Positions 59,701-64,000 of a stretch of DNA of 64,000 nucleotides are shown piece after piece. The stretch's first letter is position 1, and each line of letters starts with the position of its first letter. The DNA comes from an uncultured virus (IMG/VR IMGVR_UViG_3300046385_000116) (taxonomy: Duplodnaviria > Heunggongvirae > Uroviricota > Caudoviricetes): the IMG/VR virus record IMGVR_UViG_3300046385_000116, one strand, 5' to 3'. The notes beneath the pieces were generated by a model, which had not been told where the DNA came from, searched no databases, and saw only the letters and a list, made by a program, of their open reading frames with translations. The position numbers and the translations under genes were made by a program.

Positions 59701-62031
59701 ATGACATTTACAGTTGAACAAAAATCTCAATTAGCAAAGCTTCTTGCTACTGAAAATATTACAATCGAACACCAAAAGATTCCAACGGCTTCTTTTGACC
59801 CTAAGAATCGTATTCTCTATTGTCCTATTTGGCAAGATATGTCTGGCTCACTGTATGACTTATTAATGGGTCATGAGGTTGGTCATGCTCTGTATACTCC
59901 TGCCGAAGGTTGGCATGATGCTATATCAAATCGTGGTGCCAATTTCAAAGGCTTCTTGAATGTAGTTGAAGATGCCCGTATCGAGAAGAAAATTCGTAGA
60001 AAATATCCTGGTCTCCGTAACTCATTCGTTAAAGGTTATCAATCATTAATCGACAATAACTTTTTTGATGTTGAAGGTCGTGATTTAAATGAATTGTGTT
60101 TTATTGACCGTGTTAATGTGCATACTAAACTTGGTTCATTGGTTGATATCAAATTTGCGGAAGGTGAAGAACAAGACTTATTGAAACAAGTTGAATCTTG
60201 CGAAACATGGAATGATGTGCTTCGTGTTACTGAAGCTATCTTCTCATATTCAAAAGAAGAACAATATGAAACACTACAAAAACTAATTGCCTCTCAAATG
60301 CAAGATGCGGCTGACCGTGGTGAAGAATTTGATTCTGATGATTTATTTGATAGTGAATCTGACGGTGAAGAATATGAAGAAGGTACACAGTCAGTTGGTG
60401 AACAAAGAAAACCATCCGATAACGGTAATGAAGGCGAAGAAAAACAAGTTTCTGGTAAATCAAAAGAAGATGATGGTGATTCTGATGAAGAAGATGAAGA
60501 TTCTCAAATATATCGTTATAAAAATTCATCAAACTCATTTGTTGACCAAACAAACTTTGAACCTACTTGTGAAACTGATAAGTCTTTCCGTAAAAACGAA
60601 GGCACCTTGTTAGATGAACAATGTAAACCTTATTTGTATTTGAAGTTGCCTACTCCTATTCTAAAAAACATTATTACACCAGTTAAAGATGTTCAACGAA
60701 TTCTAAGTAATTATTATGACAATGAAGGTCGTCAAACTCAAATTGAAAAGGCTGTTGCTGAGTTCAAGAGCAAGAATGACCGTTATATCAGTTTACTTGC
60801 CAAAGAATTTGAAATGAAGAAAGCAGCTAAGGCATATGCGAAAGCTAAAGTGTCAAACACTGGTGATATTGATATCAACCGTCTATACAAATACCAAGTT
60901 GACGATAATATCTTCCGTAAATCAATGCGTGTGCCTAAAGGTAAATCACACGGATTAGTGTTGTTACTTGACCGTTCCGGTTCTATGGTCAATAACATGG
61001 CTGGTTCTATCGAACAGATTTTGGTGTTATCTGCCTTCTGTCGCAAAGTGAACATTCCTTTCGTAGTATATGGTTTTGGTAATGCGGTTGATGGTCGTAT
61101 GCATGACTATGGTAAAGATGAGTATTCTAAAAAATGTTTTACTGAAAATCTTAATGAATTTTCCTTTGATAATGTTTACTTGCGTGAGTACCTTAATTCT
61201 AAAATGAGTGGTGCTGATTACAATAAAGCTTTGCGTAACATGATTGCATTGAAGATGTCATATGAACAGCGTTACTTTGGTCGTCCAGAAAATGAAACAT
61301 TATCTAATACACCATTAAATGAAGCGATGGTTGCTTTAGAACCAATTGTTAATCAGTTCCGCAAAGTGAACAATTTAGATTTAATTAACTTGGTTGTAGT
61401 ACATGATGGTGATGCTGATAACTCATGCAGCTATATGACTGATAATGATATTACACCTGAATCTAATGTATTGCGCTCTAAGCGATTCTGGTTGGATGAG
61501 ACTAATGTAATTATCAATCATGGTAAACAACAGTTGAAAGTTAATAAAGTTATGCACGACCATTACAATTATGATGATGGTATGCGTATTGCTATATTTG
61601 ACTGGTTCAAGAAACAAACTGGTGCTAAGATTTTTGGTTTCTTTATTGCTGGTGACAAATACCGTCAACGTGATTCTGTAACTCAAAGGTTTGTTAATGA
61701 AAATGGCCAAACAGTTTATTCAATTGTGAAGAAACAATTTAGTGAATCAGGTGTAAACAATTATAGATATATCAATTATAGTAAAAGTGAATATGTTAAA
61801 GAATTGGTAAATCAAATGCGTGAAAATAAATTCATTCAATCATATAATAAAGGCTATGAATCATTCTTTATTATGCCTGGTGGTTCTGATTTGTCAATTG
61901 AAAATGATGAATTGGTTATCAATGGTACGGTTACGGCAAGTAAATTGAAAAATGCCTTTATGAAAATGAACAAGAAAAAACAATTTTCCCGTGTGATGGT
62001 ATCACGGTTCATAGATGGTATTGCTGCCTAA
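59701..62031 (+). CDS. CobT-like protein: N-terminal HExxH domain, acidic linker, vWA domain
   Basis: HEVGHALYT, NVVEDARIE, MIDAS motif LLDRSGSM, TPL, HDGD. Confidence 0.85.
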   Translation: MTFTVEQKSQLAKLLATENITIEHQKIPTASFDPKNRILYCPIWQDMSGSLYDLLMGHEVGHALYTPAEGWHDAISNRGANFKGFLNVVEDARIEKKIRRKYPGLRNSFVKGYQSLIDNNFFDVEGRDLNELCFIDRVNVHTKLGSLVDIKFAEGEEQDLLKQVESCETWNDVLRVTEAIFSYSKEEQYETLQKLIASQMQDAADRGEEFDSDDLFDSESDGEEYEEGTQSVGEQRKPSDNGNEGEEKQVSGKSKEDDGDSDEEDEDSQIYRYKNSSNSFVDQTNFEPTCETDKSFRKNEGTLLDEQCKPYLYLKLPTPILKNIITPVKDVQRILSNYYDNEGRQTQIEKAVAEFKSKNDRYISLLAKEFEMKKAAKAYAKAKVSNTGDIDINRLYKYQVDDNIFRKSMRVPKGKSHGLVLLLDRSGSMVNNMAGSIEQILVLSAFCRKVNIPFVVYGFGNAVDGRMHDYGKDEYSKKCFTENLNEFSFDNVYLREYLNSKMSGADYNKALRNMIALKMSYEQRYFGRPENETLSNTPLNEAMVALEPIVNQFRKVNNLDLINLVVVHDGDADNSCSYMTDNDITPESNVLRSKRFWLDETNVIINHGKQQLKVNKVMHDHYNYDDGMRIAIFDWFKKQTGAKIFGFFIAGDKYRQRDSVTQRFVNENGQTVYSIVKKQFSESGVNNYRYINYSKSEYVKELVNQMRENKFIQSYNKGYESFFIMPGGSDLSIENDELVINGTVTASKLKNAFMKMNKKKQFSRVMVSRFIDGIAA

Positions 62032-62055
62032 GCTCTTGATTTTCAAGAGCTTTTT
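62030..62055 (+). terminator. probable terminator hairpin
   Basis: AAGCTCTTGA-TTT-TCAAGAGCTT followed by TTT. Confidence 0.65.
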
Positions 62056-62061
62056 AGCTGG

Positions 62062-62090
62062 TTGCCAAATGGTATTAATTGTGTTATAAT
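62062..62090 (+). promoter_or_regulatory. sigma70-type early promoter
   Basis: TTGCCA-17 nt-TATAAT with extended TG. Confidence 0.7.
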
Positions 62091-62125
62091 GGTAGTATCT
62101 AGTGAAAAATGGAGTTTTATATATT

Positions 62126-63346
62126 ATGCGTAATGTGAATTTGTCTGCTCGTGAGAAATTTGTTAAGGTTGCTGTTAAGACTGGTAAAGAATTTTTAACT
62201 TTACAAGAGCTTCATGCCTTATGTGATAAAAACGATTTAAAGTTCCCACAATGGTATGCTAAGGATATGTCTTATCGTGCTGGTCGTGGTTTGTATCGTG
62301 TGCCTACTGAATTAGTATCTGGTGCTTCTACACCTGCACCTGTTGTTGAAACTGTTAATATGACTGCTCAGGTTATGAAAATGCCAAGTGAAAAAATATC
62401 CCACGGTAATCGTATTACCAATGTCGTAACTGATTTAGAAACTGAAGATTTGGTTCCTAAAATCTATAAGAATTATGTACCGTTTGGTAACTTTGAAGAT
62501 TTGGTTTCAATTGTTGCAAGTAAAAAATTCTACCCTATCTTTATTACTGGACATTCTGGTAACGGCAAAACAATGTCTGCTGAGCAAGCTTGTGCTAAAC
62601 TTGGTCGTAAATTCGTTTGCGTATCCATGACACCTGAAACCGATGAATCAGATTTACTTGGTAACTTTGTATTGATTAATGGTCAGATGGAATGGCGTGA
62701 TGGTCCCGTTACTGTTGCGGCTCGACAAGGTGCTGTATTATGTATTGATGAGATTGATTATGGTGCTCAAAACTTATCTTGCCTACAGCGTGTTCTTGAA
62801 GGTAAACCATTCTTGTTGAAGAAAAAGAATGAGATGGTTGTACCTGCTGATGGTTTCACTGTCATCGCCACTGCCAATACCAAAGGTAAGGGTTCTGATG
62901 ATGGTCGTTATATGTTTACTAATGTACTTAACGAAGCCTTCTTGGAACGATTCCTAAACACTTATGAACAAGACTGGCCACCAGTTGCTATTGAGCGTAA
63001 GATTATCAAAAAAGAATTGACTAATCATGGCAAGACTGATGATGAATTTGCTGAGAAGCTTGTTACTTGGGCTGATGTGATTCGCAAAACCTTTGTTGAG
63101 GGTGGTGTTGATGAAGTGATTTCTACCCGCCGTTTGGTTCATATTGCAAAAACTTATGGTGTATTTGGTACTAGAATGAAGGCAATTGAATTGTGTTTGA
63201 ATCGTTTTGATGATGATACTAAGGCAAGTTTCCTTGATTTGTATACCAAAGTTGATGCTGGTGCCAATACTGAAACAATCATGGCTCAGACTGCCGAAAG
63301 TAATGTTGAACCAGTTACCGAACAGGATAACGCAATTACAATGTAA
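62126..63346 (+). CDS. MoxR/CobS-like AAA+ ATPase
   Basis: GHSGNGKT, LCIDEID, ATANTKG.G, AFLERF, ISTRRL. ATG at 62126 with GGAG SD. Confidence 0.9.
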   Translation: MRNVNLSAREKFVKVAVKTGKEFLTLQELHALCDKNDLKFPQWYAKDMSYRAGRGLYRVPTELVSGASTPAPVVETVNMTAQVMKMPSEKISHGNRITNVVTDLETEDLVPKIYKNYVPFGNFEDLVSIVASKKFYPIFITGHSGNGKTMSAEQACAKLGRKFVCVSMTPETDESDLLGNFVLINGQMEWRDGPVTVAARQGAVLCIDEIDYGAQNLSCLQRVLEGKPFLLKKKNEMVVPADGFTVIATANTKGKGSDDGRYMFTNVLNEAFLERFLNTYEQDWPPVAIERKIIKKELTNHGKTDDEFAEKLVTWADVIRKTFVEGGVDEVISTRRLVHIAKTYGVFGTRMKAIELCLNRFDDDTKASFLDLYTKVDAGANTETIMAQTAESNVEPVTEQDNAITM

Positions 63347-63377
63347 GGCAAATGTGAGTATGTCTGCCTTAAAACGC

Positions 63378-63406
63378 TTGACATACTCATGTAATAATGT
63401 TATTAT
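63378..63406 (+). promoter_or_regulatory. sigma70-type promoter
   Basis: TTGACA-17 nt-TATTAT with extended TG. Confidence 0.7.
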
Positions 63407-63413
63407 TATACAT

Positions 63414-63458
63414 ATCTGAGGTTTGGACTACACCTTAGATTCTTTTGAAAGTAGTTCA
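63414..63458 (+). promoter_or_regulatory. H-type RNA pseudoknot in the 5' leader
   Basis: Stem 1 ATCTGAGGT/ACCTTAGAT; stem 2 TGGACTAC/GTAGTTCA. Confidence 0.6.
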
Positions 63459-63479
63459 TTTAATTTATGGAGTTTTACA

Positions 63480-63752
63480 ATGTCTGCAAAATCTAAAGTA
63501 TTAGCTTACCTTTCAAAGGACAGCGCTTATAACACACTAACAGCTGCTAAAATGCAATCTATGTTTGGTGTTCAGAACCCTTCAGCAACAATCGACACGT
63601 TGCGTAAAGAAGGTCACGCTATCTATTTGAATTCACGTATTAATGCCAATGGTGAGAAGATTTCTTTCTACCGTTTAGGCACACCAACTAAGCGTATCGT
63701 TGCCGCTGGTATCTTGGCACTACGTCAACACGGTGTTGCAACATTCGCCTAA
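63480..63752 (+). CDS. small winged-helix/HTH nucleic-acid-binding protein
   Basis: KVLAYL ... LTAAKM.S.FGV.NPSATI..LRKEG.AIY ... YRLG. GGAG SD at 63469. Confidence 0.7.
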   Translation: MSAKSKVLAYLSKDSAYNTLTAAKMQSMFGVQNPSATIDTLRKEGHAIYLNSRINANGEKISFYRLGTPTKRIVAAGILALRQHGVATFA

Positions 63753-63772
63753 TTTAGAGGCGTTTTACTAGT

Positions 63773-63809
63773 AGAGGAGAGATATATATTAGTATCTCTC
63801 CTCTTTTTT
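63773..63809 (+). terminator. rho-independent terminator
   Basis: AGAGGAGAGATA / TATCTCTCCTCT stem followed by a T run. Confidence 0.8.
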
Positions 63810-63825
63810 ATTTAATGGGTATACT

Positions 63826-64000
63826 ATGGAAATCAAAGTCAAAGTTGATGATTTGAAACTTAATAGACTATTCGTGGCTACACCGATGTATGGTGGTATG
63901 AATCACGGTATGTATATGAAGTCTTGTTTAGATTTACAAAACATTTTAACACGTTATGGTGTTGAAGTGAAGTTTTCTTTCTTGTTCAATGAATCACTAA
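63826..64000 (+). CDS. GT-A-like conserved phage protein, N-terminal part (truncated by window end)
   Basis: MEIKVK...LFVATPMYGG...Y..SCLDL...FLFNESL; open to the window end. Confidence 0.6.
   Translation, partial: MEIKVKVDDLKLNRLFVATPMYGGMNHGMYMKSCLDLQNILTRYGVEVKFSFLFNESL

Noticed and set aside
63344..63394. Pseudoknot-stimulated readthrough of the AAA ATPase stop
   Set aside because: The stop lies inside stem 1 rather than upstream of it, and readthrough would add only about 16 residues before the next TAA.
1..64000. Genome-wide stop-codon reassignment
   Set aside because: Core genes are full length in the standard code and end in TAA, TGA or TAG. The RCC1 junction is the only suspicious in-frame stop.

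Overview
This 64 kb, AT-rich window comes from a large T4-like (Tevenvirinae-type) myophage genome, with essentially all real genes on the + strand. The host is probably Gram-negative, since the phage encodes an outer-membrane beta-barrel. Layout: (1) 1-2.6 kb, a small auxiliary metabolic cluster (hydrolase fragment, AMP-forming acyl/aryl-CoA ligase, double DUF2061 membrane protein, porin-like barrel); (2) 2.7-35.9 kb, a large accessory virion-appendage island with a coiled-coil fibre, collagen-like fibres, two giant RCC1-repeat proteins, six glycosyltransferase(-methyltransferase) genes and an HNH homing endonuclease; (3) 35.9-51.4 kb, the T4 core morphogenesis block gp13-gp23 and gp3, with a GIY-YIG endonuclease and a Dps gene inserted; (4) 51.4-64 kb, uvsY, uvsW, gp55, gp47, gp46, peptide deformylase, a DUF4338/DruA (Mom-like) protein, a non-canonical tRNA-Gly, and a vWA/MoxR-AAA (CobT/CobS-like) pair. 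The main finding is a self-transcribed 68-nt tRNA-Gly(UCC)-like RNA. It keeps the glycylation identity elements but has lost features needed on the ribosome, and it sits directly behind a Mom-like putative acyltransferase, which suggests a dedicated tRNA-dependent DNA (or other) glycylation system. Also notable: 70 RCC1 blades across two in-frame ORFs that parse as ten nested 7-bladed propellers; a putative virion glycosylation system; an ATT start for gp14 behind a homing endonuclease; and a gene-32-like leader pseudoknot. All family calls come from motif recognition by eye, not from database searches.
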